This document shows positions 8,256 through 17,087 of a DNA stretch of 32,000 bases, piece by piece. The notes under the pieces were generated by a model. The model saw only the letters and a program-made list of their open reading frames with translations, did no database searches and was not told the DNA's origin. The translations under genes and the position numbers were made by a program. The stretch lies in the NCBI RefSeq assembly GCF_001457595.1, contig NZ_LN831039.1, forward strand, positions 4,170,001 to 4,202,000. The letters are read 5' to 3'. Source of the stretch: Mycolicibacterium smegmatis. GTDB taxonomy: Bacteria; Actinomycetota; Actinomycetes; Mycobacteriales; Mycobacteriaceae. Position 1 is the stretch's first letter. Each line of letters starts with the position of its first letter.

Positions 8256-9316
8256 CTCAGACAACCTCGACTGGAGCAACCACGGCTGTGACAGCGTTGA
8301 CGGGCCCTACCGTGGTTCGCGAAGCGGCAGGCACCGAAACCATGCGCGCGATTGTGCTCACCGGCTTCGGCGGCCTGGACAAACTCGTCTACACGGAGAT
8401 CCCCAAGCCCCGGCCCAAACACGGCGAAGTCGTCATCGCCGTCAAGGCATTCGGCCTCAACCACGCCGAGATGCACATGCGGCGAGGTGAATGGGCCGAA
8501 GCCGCAGAAGTCAGCGGCATCGAGTGCGTCGGTGTGGTCGACTCATGCCCCGACGGAACGTTCGACGTGGGAGATCGGGTGGCTGCGCTGATGGGCGGCC
8601 TGGGCCGAACGATCAACGGCAGTTACGCCGAATACACCAGGGTCCGCACCGCCAACGTCGCACGAATCGATGTCGACCTGCCGTGGTCGCAGCTCGCAGC
8701 GCTGCCCGAAACCTACGCCACAGCCTGGACGTGCTTGTTCCGCAGCCTCGAGCTCGAACCCGGCCAGCTGCTGCTGATTCGCGGCGCCACCTCCTCCTTC
8801 GGACAGGCGGCGCTGAAGATGGCGGTCAACGCCGGAGCGCGGGTCATCGCCACCACCCGCAAGCCCGAGCAATTCACCACACTCACCGCGATGGGTGCGC
8901 TGCGCGGCGAACTGGAAGGCCCCGACTTGGCCCGCCGCCTACCGGAGGCCAAATCCGTTGACGCCGTGCTGGATCTGGTGGGCAACAGCACCATCCTGGA
9001 CTCACTCGACCTGCTTCACCGCGGCGGCCGGGCCTGCCTTGCCGGCTGGCTCGGCGGACTGGCGCCCATCCCGGACTTCAACCCCTTGGCCCGAATGGCC
9101 AGCGGCGTGTACTTGACCTTCTTCGGGAGCTTCGTGTTCGGCACACCAGGATTCCCACTTGCTGATGTGCCTCTCAGTGACATCGCGGCACAGGTGCAGG
9201 CCGGCGAGTTCGATGCCTCGCCTGTACGCGTCTTCTCGTTCGACGACATACGCGAGGCACACCAGGTCATGGAATCCGGCCATGCAAACGGCAAGATGGT
9301 CGTCACCTTGGACTGA
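8252..9316 (+). CDS. Zinc-independent medium-chain dehydrogenase / quinone oxidoreductase family (MDR)
   Basis: MRAIVLTGFGGLDKLVYTEIPKPRPKHGEVVIAVKAFGLNHAEMHMRRG, LLLIRGATSSFGQAALKMA. An alternative start is ATG 8342 (MRAIVL...). Confidence 0.9.
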   Translation: MTQTTSTGATTAVTALTGPTVVREAAGTETMRAIVLTGFGGLDKLVYTEIPKPRPKHGEVVIAVKAFGLNHAEMHMRRGEWAEAAEVSGIECVGVVDSCPDGTFDVGDRVAALMGGLGRTINGSYAEYTRVRTANVARIDVDLPWSQLAALPETYATAWTCLFRSLELEPGQLLLIRGATSSFGQAALKMAVNAGARVIATTRKPEQFTTLTAMGALRGELEGPDLARRLPEAKSVDAVLDLVGNSTILDSLDLLHRGGRACLAGWLGGLAPIPDFNPLARMASGVYLTFFGSFVFGTPGFPLADVPLSDIAAQVQAGEFDASPVRVFSFDDIREAHQVMESGHANGKMVVTLD

Positions 9317-9358
9317 GTTTGTTTCCCATCTGCCCATCTGGCGAGATCAGCGGGTCCG

Positions 9359-9580
9359 TCAGCGGCTCTGGTGAACCTCGGTGCTGACGTGTGGAACGTA
9401 CACATGCGGTTGGATCGGGTAGATCCAGATCCAGCCGCGGTGGCGGTCAGCCGAAATGGTGACCGATGAGATCCCGGCGGGGGTTTGGCCGGAAGTGGCG
9501 CCCGCAGCGGGAGCGGCCAACCCCACCACCGCACCGACGACGCCACCGGCAATCATGGTGGCTACTCCGATTTTCTTCAT
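9359..9580 (-). CDS. Small putative secreted protein (~73 aa) with N-terminal signal peptide
   Basis: MKKIGVATMIAGGVVGAVVGLAAPAAGATSGQTPAG...; Lys-rich n-region, hydrophobic h-region, A-A-A/AGA cleavage-like site; start at 9580 within ORF 9359..9697. Confidence 0.7.
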   Translation of the reverse strand: MKKIGVATMIAGGVVGAVVGLAAPAAGATSGQTPAGISSVTISADRHRGWIWIYPIQPHVYVPHVSTEVHQSR

Positions 9581-9805
9581 CGGGATCACTTCCTTCAAGG
9601 GCAAAAGTCGGACGCTACCGGCCCGTGGTGAAAACTGTTCGCGCCGGTCTGTCAGCTGGAACCATGCCGCGCGGGCCATAATTTCAGCTGGCGGCAATTG
9701 ATCGTTTGATGGCAGAAGTGGGCCGCCCTTCGGCCGGCACTCCTTGGTCTCACCTCGACGCGGCCGCGGTCGTATGGCGCGGCGAAGTGTGAAGCGACGG
9801 TCCGG

Positions 9806-10417
9806 TCAGCGATTGTGCTGCCGTTGGGCGTGGCGCGCGACGCGCGCACGGTTGCCGCACAGCGCCGAACACCATTCGCGGCGATGTTCTTTTATGAAGA
9901 AATAGGCACATGCGGGTGCCTCGCATGCGCGCAGCATCTCCCAGCGAGGACTGGTGGCCAGTTCGATGGCTTGCCTGGCGATCACGGTGATCACCGCCTC
10001 GGCGAACGCGTCCCCCGACCAGGCGTCCTGCCGGGCGAGCCCCCGGCGACGTTGAAACCGCAATTCAGGCCATACGGTTTCGGCCGCGGAAGCCGCATTG
10101 ATCAGCGACACCGCGGTGGCCACGTCGGGCACCGGAGACGCCACCAAATCCCGACTGTCCCCGGTGGCCTCTGCGGCCAGACGCCGAAACGCATCACGCA
10201 CCTCGATCAGACGTCCGACCGCCTCGAGACGCAACCCGTCGGTCGAACCTGGCGCGGGACGTACATCCAGCCGCTTACCGACCGCGCGTATCCATGCCTG
10301 GACATAATCCTTATCGGCAAGCGCATCGTGCACACCGTGCCGATCGATCCAAAGTGTGTTGGCCAGCGCGAGCGGGGCGGGTTCGTCCACGCGCGGCGCA
10401 GGCGCGGCCACTGTCAT
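9806..10417 (-). CDS. CGNR zinc-finger domain transcriptional regulator (ABATE/CGNR family)
   Basis: C-terminal CEAPACAYFFIKEHRREWCSALCGNRARVARHAQRQ: paired Cys ligands plus the CGNR motif. Confidence 0.88.
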   Translation of the reverse strand: MTVAAPAPRVDEPAPLALANTLWIDRHGVHDALADKDYVQAWIRAVGKRLDVRPAPGSTDGLRLEAVGRLIEVRDAFRRLAAEATGDSRDLVASPVPDVATAVSLINAASAAETVWPELRFQRRRGLARQDAWSGDAFAEAVITVIARQAIELATSPRWEMLRACEAPACAYFFIKEHRREWCSALCGNRARVARHAQRQHNR

Positions 10418-10464
10418 GAGACCTTCGCCTCATCGACTCGTACCGTGTCACCCATACATCGATA

Positions 10465-10494
10465 CTAATGGTTACACCCCGTACCCGCCATTAG
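10465..10494. promoter_or_regulatory. Inverted repeat CTAATGG-N16-CCATTAG (putative operator, site 2), upstream of the CGNR gene
   Basis: Read directly: ctaatggttacaccccgtacccgccattag, in the divergent intergenic region 10418-10824. Confidence 0.6.
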
Positions 10495-10747
10495 CAGGTT
10501 GCACCAGTGGACGCTGGCATCCCCGTCGCCCATGGTGCGGCGTGCGACTCGGGGCGTACGCGCACCGCAGCGCTGCACAGTCTTTCCCAGGGTCGAACGT
10601 CCGACCGGCGTCCGCGCCGATCACCGCGCAACGGCAGCAGATTCACCCTTGCTCCCGCAGTCGACAGTTCACCCCGCCTTCTGGGTTGGGCAGCCCATCA
10701 GGTTGCAAAACGGTGACAACATGACCGCCTCCTTGCGGACTATTTTA

Positions 10748-10776
10748 CTAATGGTTACTGTTTCAGTATCCGTTAG
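10748..10776. promoter_or_regulatory. Inverted repeat CTAATGG-N15-CCGTTAG (putative operator, site 3), upstream of the DUF417 gene
   Basis: Read directly: ctaatggttactgtttcagtatccgttag; one mismatch to the site 1 and 2 core. Confidence 0.55.
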
Positions 10777-10824
10777 CATGGCGTTGAAAGCTCGTCAGCG
10801 CACCAACTCCCGTTAGGACACACC

Positions 10825-11322
10825 ATGACAATGTCCGCCTCCAAAGTCATCGAACGCGCACTGCCACTGTCGGCATCGGACAAGATCGGGGCGATCCTGG
10901 GCCGCTACGGCCTGGTCATCGTCATCGGCTGGATCGGAGCTCTGAAGTTCGCAGACTTCGAAGCCCACCAAATCCAGCCGCTGGTGGCCAACAGCCCTTT
11001 CATGGGCTGGCTGTACAACTTCCTGCCGGTGTACACATTCTCCGCACTACTCGGGGTGTTCGAAGTGACCGCGGCGGTGCTGCTGGCCATCAAACCGATC
11101 GCACCGCGACTGTCCATCTACGGCAGCCTCATGGCGATCGTGCTGTTCGTCTTCACCGTCAGCTTCCTGTTCAGCACCCCCGGGGTCAGCGAACCCGCCG
11201 GCGGAGGCTTCCCCGCCATCTCCCTGACCGCCGAGTTCCTGCTCAAAGACATTCCGCTGCTGGGCCTGTCGTTCTGGACACTGTCTGACGCCCTACGCGC
11301 CAGCCAACAACGTCGTGGGTAG
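10825..11322 (+). CDS. DUF417 family inner-membrane protein (YkgB/RclC-like)
   Basis: Multi-TM protein with family-typical stretches: GLVIVIGWIGALKFADFEAHQIQPLVANSPFMGWLY, GGGFPAISLTAEFLLKDIPLLGLSFWTL. Confidence 0.85.
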   Translation: MTMSASKVIERALPLSASDKIGAILGRYGLVIVIGWIGALKFADFEAHQIQPLVANSPFMGWLYNFLPVYTFSALLGVFEVTAAVLLAIKPIAPRLSIYGSLMAIVLFVFTVSFLFSTPGVSEPAGGGFPAISLTAEFLLKDIPLLGLSFWTLSDALRASQQRRG

Positions 11323-11520
11323 GCAGCATTTAGCTGCAGACCAAGACCGGCCGACGTCTTCCCCGCTCACGTCGGTCACCATCAGCCTCGACACCGAGAC
11401 TGACACCTTGGTCCGCCACCGGGACGCGGCGGGGCCGACGACCCCGGCCCCGCCAAGTTCCCACCCCAGCGCACCGCCGACCGTCGGCCGTGCAACAACA
11501 CCGAAAGATAGGACAAGACA

Positions 11521-11724
11521 ATGAAACTCCGATATCTCGCCCTTGCCGGTGCGGTCACCGCGACAGCAATCAGCTTCGCACCCCTTGCCGCTGCAGACAT
11601 CGTCGTGCAGCAGAATCCCGGCAACGCACAGATCGTCGCCACCCCCGGCGCCACCGCGCGCCACGCCGGCCAACTCCAACTCCCCTTCGGCGGAGCGATG
11701 AACGCCTTGATATTCCACAACTGA
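11521..11724 (+). CDS. Small putative secreted protein (67 aa)
   Basis: MKLRYLALAGAVTATAISFAPLAAADIVVQQNPGNAQIVATPG...: clear signal peptide (AxA cleavage) and a short mature region, similar in type to small exported mycobacterial proteins. Confidence 0.75.
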   Translation: MKLRYLALAGAVTATAISFAPLAAADIVVQQNPGNAQIVATPGATARHAGQLQLPFGGAMNALIFHN

Positions 11725-11939
11725 CAGTCAGCCTTGTGCGGCACGGCGGCCGTCATGCACAGGTCGGCCGCCTGCCGGACGCGGCCTCGACCAAGCATTA
11801 CTTGCCTGCGACTCTCGCGATCCCCCGCCACGTTACCAAAGGTCGCCTAATTTCCCTGGTACACAATGGTTTACCGCGAACAATGACCGACAGATTGGAT
11901 ATGCCAAGCGCCCGGCGCAGGAAAATTCAGCCCGCCGGT

Positions 11940-12884
11940 TCACGAGAAGTCGAGGACGATGCGCCCGCGCAGACCGCCGGCCTCGAGCATGCGGTGTGCC
12001 TTCGGGGCCTGCTCGGCGGGCAGTACGTCGGCCACGCGAAGTGTCAGCACGCCCATCTCAGCCTGACGGCTCAACGTCGTGAGCCCCTCGGTATCGGTGA
12101 TGCGATCAGGCACCATCACCGGAACCACCCGGACACCACGCTCCCCCGGCCCCTCCCACCCGCGCAACTCGACCAGCATGCCACCATCAGCGACCGCACC
12201 GAGCACCTCACCCTGCTGATCAGAGCCATCAACCAGGCCCGGCACCCCACCCGGAACCAACCCACGGATCCGCGCCGCGACCTCGGCACCACGCTCGACA
12301 ACGTGATCAGCGCCGAAACCGCGGACCAGCTCCACATCACGCTCGACCGCATCGGCAATCACCCGCAACCCATCAGCCTTCGCCAACTCGACCGCAAAGC
12401 CACCGACCGCACCCGCCGCACCAGTCACCGCCACCGTCTCCCCCGCACGCAGCCCCAGCGTATCCAGCGCCAGACGCGCGGTCATCGCATTCATCAGCAG
12501 AGTCGACGCCGCAGCGAAATCAGCGTTCGCCGGCGCGGGCACCACCGAGGCCGCGGGCACCACAACCTGCTCGGCATACGCCCCACCATGTTCACCGACG
12601 AACATCACCATCGCGATCACCCGCTGCCCCACATGAAGGCGACCATCACAGCCCGGCCCGATCTGATCGATGACACCCGCAGCGTCCATCCCGGGCACAA
12701 ACGGCGGACGCCGGCCCGCCATACGCACAGCATGACCACCGGTCCGCAACAAGACATCGGTCGGACTCACCGCCGCGGCATACACCCGGATACGCACCTC
12801 CCCCGGGCCCGCCTGCGGCTCAGGCAAGTCGATCACCTCAAGTGCGTCCGGACCACCGAATTCATATACACCAACAGCTTTCAC
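11940..12884 (-). CDS. NADP-dependent quinone oxidoreductase-like MDR protein
   Basis: From GTG 12884: VKAVGVYEFGGPDALEVIDLPEPQAGPGEVRIRVYAAAVSPTDVLLRTGG...VAVTGAAGAVGGFAVELAKADG...; end RMLEAGGLRGRIVLDFS. Confidence 0.9.
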   Translation of the reverse strand: MKAVGVYEFGGPDALEVIDLPEPQAGPGEVRIRVYAAAVSPTDVLLRTGGHAVRMAGRRPPFVPGMDAAGVIDQIGPGCDGRLHVGQRVIAMVMFVGEHGGAYAEQVVVPAASVVPAPANADFAAASTLLMNAMTARLALDTLGLRAGETVAVTGAAGAVGGFAVELAKADGLRVIADAVERDVELVRGFGADHVVERGAEVAARIRGLVPGGVPGLVDGSDQQGEVLGAVADGGMLVELRGWEGPGERGVRVVPVMVPDRITDTEGLTTLSRQAEMGVLTLRVADVLPAEQAPKAHRMLEAGGLRGRIVLDFS

Positions 12885-13037
12885 GCCTTTGAACAACCCG
12901 ACGCATCGGCCCATCATTCCTCGCAAACTCACGCAGATCACCGACGCCGACAATCGCAACGGCAGTGCACAGAAGCACGGACGTGAACCGCACTGACTGC
13001 TCGGGTTCGCAGATCGGCGACTGCGACGTGTTTCACT

Positions 13038-13691
13038 GTGGCGATGGAACCAGAGTGCTCCGACGAAGTTACCGGGCGAACCCGCAGGCGGGTTGCTCGC
13101 GAGGGACCGACCCGGCGGGCGCTCAAACGCGCAGAGCGGCACGACCGCGTCTATGAAGCGGCGATTGCGCTGTTCGTCGACCGCGGATTCGAGACCACCT
13201 CGATGGACGATATCGCCGAACGGTCTGGACTGTCGCGCAGCACCGTCTTCACGCACTTCCCCCGCAAGACGCTGATCCTGGAGGAGTGGATGCGGCGACG
13301 ACGGGACGAGGCCCGGAGATCGGCACGAGTCGACGGCGTGGCGGGTCGGCCACTTCGAGACGTGCTCGGCGCCTACCTCGACACCCTAGCCGCCTCGAAT
13401 TCCGCTGCTCGCGAGGAGATGTGCGCGCTGGTCCCGCCTGCCCTCCTGCACACGACGATGCTGGTCGACCATCCGATCGGGCTGGACTTCGCCGCTCTCA
13501 TCGTGGAAAGCGAAGCGGCACTTAAACCAAGCGTGCAACCGGAACAGGTCGGACGGCTGCTGGCGGCGGGCTATGTCTCCGCGATGTCGCAGTGGATCCA
13601 GGAGGAGCCGCCGACGTCCGATCTCGGCGCCGAACTGCGCGCGCTGCTTGACCTCGTGCTCTCGGGCGCTCAACGGGACATATCCGAATAG
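13038..13691 (+). CDS. TetR/AcrR family transcriptional regulator
   Basis: DRVYEAAIALFVDRGFETTSMDDIAERSGLSRSTVFTHFPRKTLILEEWM; start uncertain, could be downstream of 13038. Confidence 0.9.
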   Translation: MAMEPECSDEVTGRTRRRVAREGPTRRALKRAERHDRVYEAAIALFVDRGFETTSMDDIAERSGLSRSTVFTHFPRKTLILEEWMRRRRDEARRSARVDGVAGRPLRDVLGAYLDTLAASNSAAREEMCALVPPALLHTTMLVDHPIGLDFAALIVESEAALKPSVQPEQVGRLLAAGYVSAMSQWIQEEPPTSDLGAELRALLDLVLSGAQRDISE

Positions 13692-13768
13692 TGCTCCCAC
13701 CTGGCGTTGTGCCAGGAATCCGGACTCAAGTCTTGTTTCGTTGCACATCTGCTCGTAGGGTTTCACCG

Positions 13769-14602
13769 GTGACCACACTTATCACCGGAGCAACCGGCGG
13801 AATCGGCGCGAGCCTTGTTCGACGATTGGCGTCAGCCGGCCACGCCGTACGGGCAGGTAGTCGCGATCCCCGCAAGGCAGCGGGATTAGGCGCCGAGGTC
13901 GTCGAGCTCGATCTCACAGCGCCGGAGACCTTCGACGAAGCTTTGACCGACATCGACCGCATCTTCCTCTACGCGGAGCCTGCCGCCATCAAGGACTTCG
14001 TTGACTGCGCAGAACGTGCAGGTGTCCGGCGGGTCGTCCTGCTCTCCTCGGACTCGGTCGAAATGGACGACGCGGAACACAATGCGCTGGCACGACATCA
14101 TGCCGATGTCGAAACAGCCCTCGGCGAAGCGTCTTTCAGCACCACGGTGCTGCGACCGGGAACATTTGCCACCATGACTCTCGACTGGGCATCCTTCATC
14201 CGAGCCGGAGTTCCGGTCGAGCAGCCCTTCTGGAACGCCTACCTCGATGTCATCCATCCCGAGGACATCGCCGATGCAGCCGAGCGCGCGCTCATCGACG
14301 ACGACCTGGAGGGGCTCGTCCTCCCCCTCGGCGGTCCCGAGGTGCTCAGCTTTCATCAGCAACGCGACACCCTGGCAAGCTTGCTCGAACGAGAACTGCT
14401 GTGGCATGAGCCCAGCAGAGAACAAGCTGTGCAACACCTTTCGCGACACGCTCCGCTGCCTTTGATCGACGCCATTCTCGACTACTGGTCACAGCAGCCG
14501 CGGCACCACCGTGAGGCGCGGCGGTCCGTCGAGCGCATCACCGGACGGCCCGGACGCACATTCCGGCAGTGGGCGGGCGAGCGGCTCGACGCGTTCCGCT
14601 GA
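13769..14602 (+). CDS. NAD(P)-binding NmrA/SDR-like protein
   Basis: GTG at 13769: VTTLITGATGGIGASLVRRLASAGHAVRAGSRDP (Rossmann motif GATGGIG), IHPEDIADAAERAL; within ORF 13691..14602. Confidence 0.87.
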   Translation: MTTLITGATGGIGASLVRRLASAGHAVRAGSRDPRKAAGLGAEVVELDLTAPETFDEALTDIDRIFLYAEPAAIKDFVDCAERAGVRRVVLLSSDSVEMDDAEHNALARHHADVETALGEASFSTTVLRPGTFATMTLDWASFIRAGVPVEQPFWNAYLDVIHPEDIADAAERALIDDDLEGLVLPLGGPEVLSFHQQRDTLASLLERELLWHEPSREQAVQHLSRHAPLPLIDAILDYWSQQPRHHREARRSVERITGRPGRTFRQWAGERLDAFR

Positions 14603-14674
14603 TCACCCGGGGAAGGGTGACCTCGTCAGACCACTACGCCGACAGCCCACAACCTCGCAACGCGTTGCGCGAAC

Positions 14675-15490
14675 TCATCGTTTGCGCGAGGAGCGCCCCA
14701 CGTACTGCACTCGCTCCTCCGCCAGATGCCACAACGCAGTGCCGATCGGATTGCGTGCTTCCTCGACGAGGTGTCCCACGATCCCCGCCGCTCTGGATAC
14801 CGCAGCCACCCCCCGCAGGGAGGTCATCGGGATGCCGAGATCCGTCAGGATGGCACCGCATGCACCCCCGGCGTTGAGCGGCAACGGAACTCCGGAGCGC
14901 GACTGGGCGTACTTCTCTACATGGAGTGCCAGCCTGAAGTGCACCCCCACCGTGTTGTGTTCGTGGGCGATGCGATACAGGGCCTTCGTTCGTGGGTCGC
15001 CGGATTTGTGCACCGGATGACCAAAACCCGGGATCCTCCAGTCATGTCGGCGGTAGCGTTCGGCCGCTGTTCGGGCGGTGGCGTCGAGCTCGGAGTCGTC
15101 GGCATCGGTGGGTGCGTTCAAGCCCACCAGGAATCGAGCTGAATCTTCGAACACTCCAAGGAAGGTCGAGCCTGCCCCGAGAACTCCTGCGGCGACAGCC
15201 CCCTGGACCGCCTCTGGTGCTCCGGTGTAGGTCAGGCGCGCCGCGAGGACGCTGGGAGTCATTCCGTGGTCGGCCAGCGCGACAAGCACCGCGTTGAAGA
15301 GTGCCGCCTCGGCATCAGACGGCAATCTACCGGCGAGAAGGACAAAGAACATCGAGCCGAAATCGACCTTCCCCATGAGTTCACCCGCCAGGTCATATCC
15401 CTGCACATCGATGTGGTCGTGGGTCGAAGACCCCATCGACGAGACAAAAGGCTTGGCTGCGTATATCGAGTCGTACGAGTCAGGTGTCAC
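14675..15490 (-). CDS. Citrate synthase superfamily protein, citryl-CoA lyase-like
   Basis: From GTG 15490: VTPDSYDSIYAAKPFVSSMGSSTHDHIDVQGYDLAGELMGKVDFGSMFFVLLAGRLPSDAEAALFNAVLVALADHGMTPSVLAARLTYTGAPEAVQGAVAAGVLGAGS...IPGFGHPVHKSGDPRTKAL. Confidence 0.82.
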   Translation of the reverse strand: MTPDSYDSIYAAKPFVSSMGSSTHDHIDVQGYDLAGELMGKVDFGSMFFVLLAGRLPSDAEAALFNAVLVALADHGMTPSVLAARLTYTGAPEAVQGAVAAGVLGAGSTFLGVFEDSARFLVGLNAPTDADDSELDATARTAAERYRRHDWRIPGFGHPVHKSGDPRTKALYRIAHEHNTVGVHFRLALHVEKYAQSRSGVPLPLNAGGACGAILTDLGIPMTSLRGVAAVSRAAGIVGHLVEEARNPIGTALWHLAEERVQYVGRSSRKR

Positions 15491-17087
15491 GGTCGTCCTG
15501 TCTGGGGTCTCGACGCGGCGCGAAATCCACCTCGGACGTGGACCTGTCGCGGGGAAGTCGCGCCTTGGCAATCTTCTGGGTGTCGGTCAGCGGAAACTCC
15601 GTCACGAGTTCTATGTAGCGAGGCCGCTTGTAAGGAGGCAGCTTCGTTGCCGACCACTGCGCGAGTTCTGTCGGCGACGCGGTCTCACCCGGTCTCAACT
15701 GAACGAACGCCTTCACGTCCTCTTCCGAAAGCGCCGAAGGGACGCCGATCACAGCGACGGCGCGGACCGCGGGATGGGACCCGATCGCATTCTCGACCTC
15801 GGCCGGGGACAGATTCTCGCCCTTGTATCTGATGACCTCTTTGGCACGCCCCCCGAAGAAGAAATGCCCGTCGGGTCGGCGTACTGCGAGGTCGCCGGTG
15901 CGTAACCAGCCGCCTGGGCGCATCGCCGCAGATTCAGTCGTCTTGCCGAAATAGCCCGGCGTGATGGCCGGATTGCGCAGCTCAAGCTCGCCGGTCGTAC
16001 CGTCAGCGACCTCGTGACCGTCGGCATCCACCACGCGCACCTCGTTGACGGCGCCCAGAGTGGGGTGCTGTCGAGGAACTCCCATCGATCCGTACACCGT
16101 GGGCTCATCGACCGGAACGATGAGTCCGTAAGGGGTTTCCGACAACGCGTAGCCGACGACCAGGCGGAACCCGAATCGATTCTCGATCTCTCGGTGGCGC
16201 GCGGGCGCGGGAGCGGGCGCCGAGTAACACAAGCGCACCCGAGCACGTTCTTGAGACACTGAAGGCGGCTGTGCCATCAAAGCTTCGAGCATCGCACCGA
16301 TCGCGTTGAACACCGTCGCGCCGTATTTGGCAACATCCGACCAGAAGCTCGATGCCGAGAATCGGGGAAGCAGGACCAGCTTTGCACCGCAGCCCCAGGA
16401 CCCCAGGACCGAATACGCCTGCGCATTGAGATGGGACAGCGGCAGTGTGGTGAGAAGCACGTCTTCGTCGTCGAGTCCGAGCCAATGAGCAAAACCCTCA
16501 CCGGCCATCGTGTACATCCGGTTCGTTTCGATGACGAACTTCGGTTTACCGGTACTTCCCGAGCTCTGTATGAAACTCACCGGATCATCGGGCCCGGCCG
16601 GCGGTCTGTCCAGGCTGACCACGGCCTCATCGCTCGCGGCATGTGCCTCGTCGATGAACATCACCGGCACCGGCTGTCCTCCCGGTGGCGTGTGTTCGAC
16701 GTGGCCGACCTCCAGACCGGCTTCTACGAGGACCAATGCCGGCCGGACCTCGTCGATCACTGCCGGAAGTTCGGACGCGACAGCTTTGGGGTTGATCGAT
16801 ACCGTGACGGCGCCGCAGAGTATCAGGCCCAACCACGCCCGCACGAAGTCCAATCCGTTGCCCGCCACCAGGACCACACGGTCCCCTTTGCGGACCCCCT
16901 TCGCGATCAAACCGGCCGCGATTCGCGAGCCGTCTCGGAGGGCGTCAGCCCGGCTGATCTCCTCGCGTGGGGTGATGCACCATGTGCGATCGGGCCATCG
17001 GGCTGCGGCTCGAGACAGGTAGCTCACCAAAATGGGGTCATATGAATGGGTTACGGCCGCGTCCGAGTTCGCGTCGACGGAGGTCAT
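15480..17087 (-). CDS. AMP-dependent acyl-CoA ligase / synthetase
   Basis: SFIQSSGSTGKPKFVIETN, VGYALSETPYG, GGWLRTGDLAVRRPDGHFFFGGRAKEVIRYKGENLSPAEVE, LPLTDTQKI-type C-terminus. Start at ATG 17087 (MTSVDANSD) overlaps the upstream gene stop. Confidence 0.93.
   Translation of the reverse strand: MTSVDANSDAAVTHSYDPILVSYLSRAAARWPDRTWCITPREEISRADALRDGSRIAAGLIAKGVRKGDRVVLVAGNGLDFVRAWLGLILCGAVTVSINPKAVASELPAVIDEVRPALVLVEAGLEVGHVEHTPPGGQPVPVMFIDEAHAASDEAVVSLDRPPAGPDDPVSFIQSSGSTGKPKFVIETNRMYTMAGEGFAHWLGLDDEDVLLTTLPLSHLNAQAYSVLGSWGCGAKLVLLPRFSASSFWSDVAKYGATVFNAIGAMLEALMAQPPSVSQERARVRLCYSAPAPAPARHREIENRFGFRLVVGYALSETPYGLIVPVDEPTVYGSMGVPRQHPTLGAVNEVRVVDADGHEVADGTTGELELRNPAITPGYFGKTTESAAMRPGGWLRTGDLAVRRPDGHFFFGGRAKEVIRYKGENLSPAEVENAIGSHPAVRAVAVIGVPSALSEEDVKAFVQLRPGETASPTELAQWSATKLPPYKRPRYIELVTEFPLTDTQKIAKARLPRDRSTSEVDFAPRRDPRQDDRDT

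Noticed and set aside
11850-11880. Possible fourth copy of the CTAATGG/CCATTAG operator (cctaatttccctggtacacaatggtttacc)
   Set aside because: It shares only GGTACACA and an AATGGTT-like element with the three good sites and lacks a proper inverted partner.
11490-12986. 498-aa plus-strand ORF (MQQHRKIGQDNETPISRPCRC...), one of the longest in the track
   Set aside because: It runs antisense to the well-supported quinone oxidoreductase (11940-12884) and overlaps the small secreted protein gene. Its composition is low-complexity Arg/His/Pro/Thr, typical of spurious frames in high-GC DNA.
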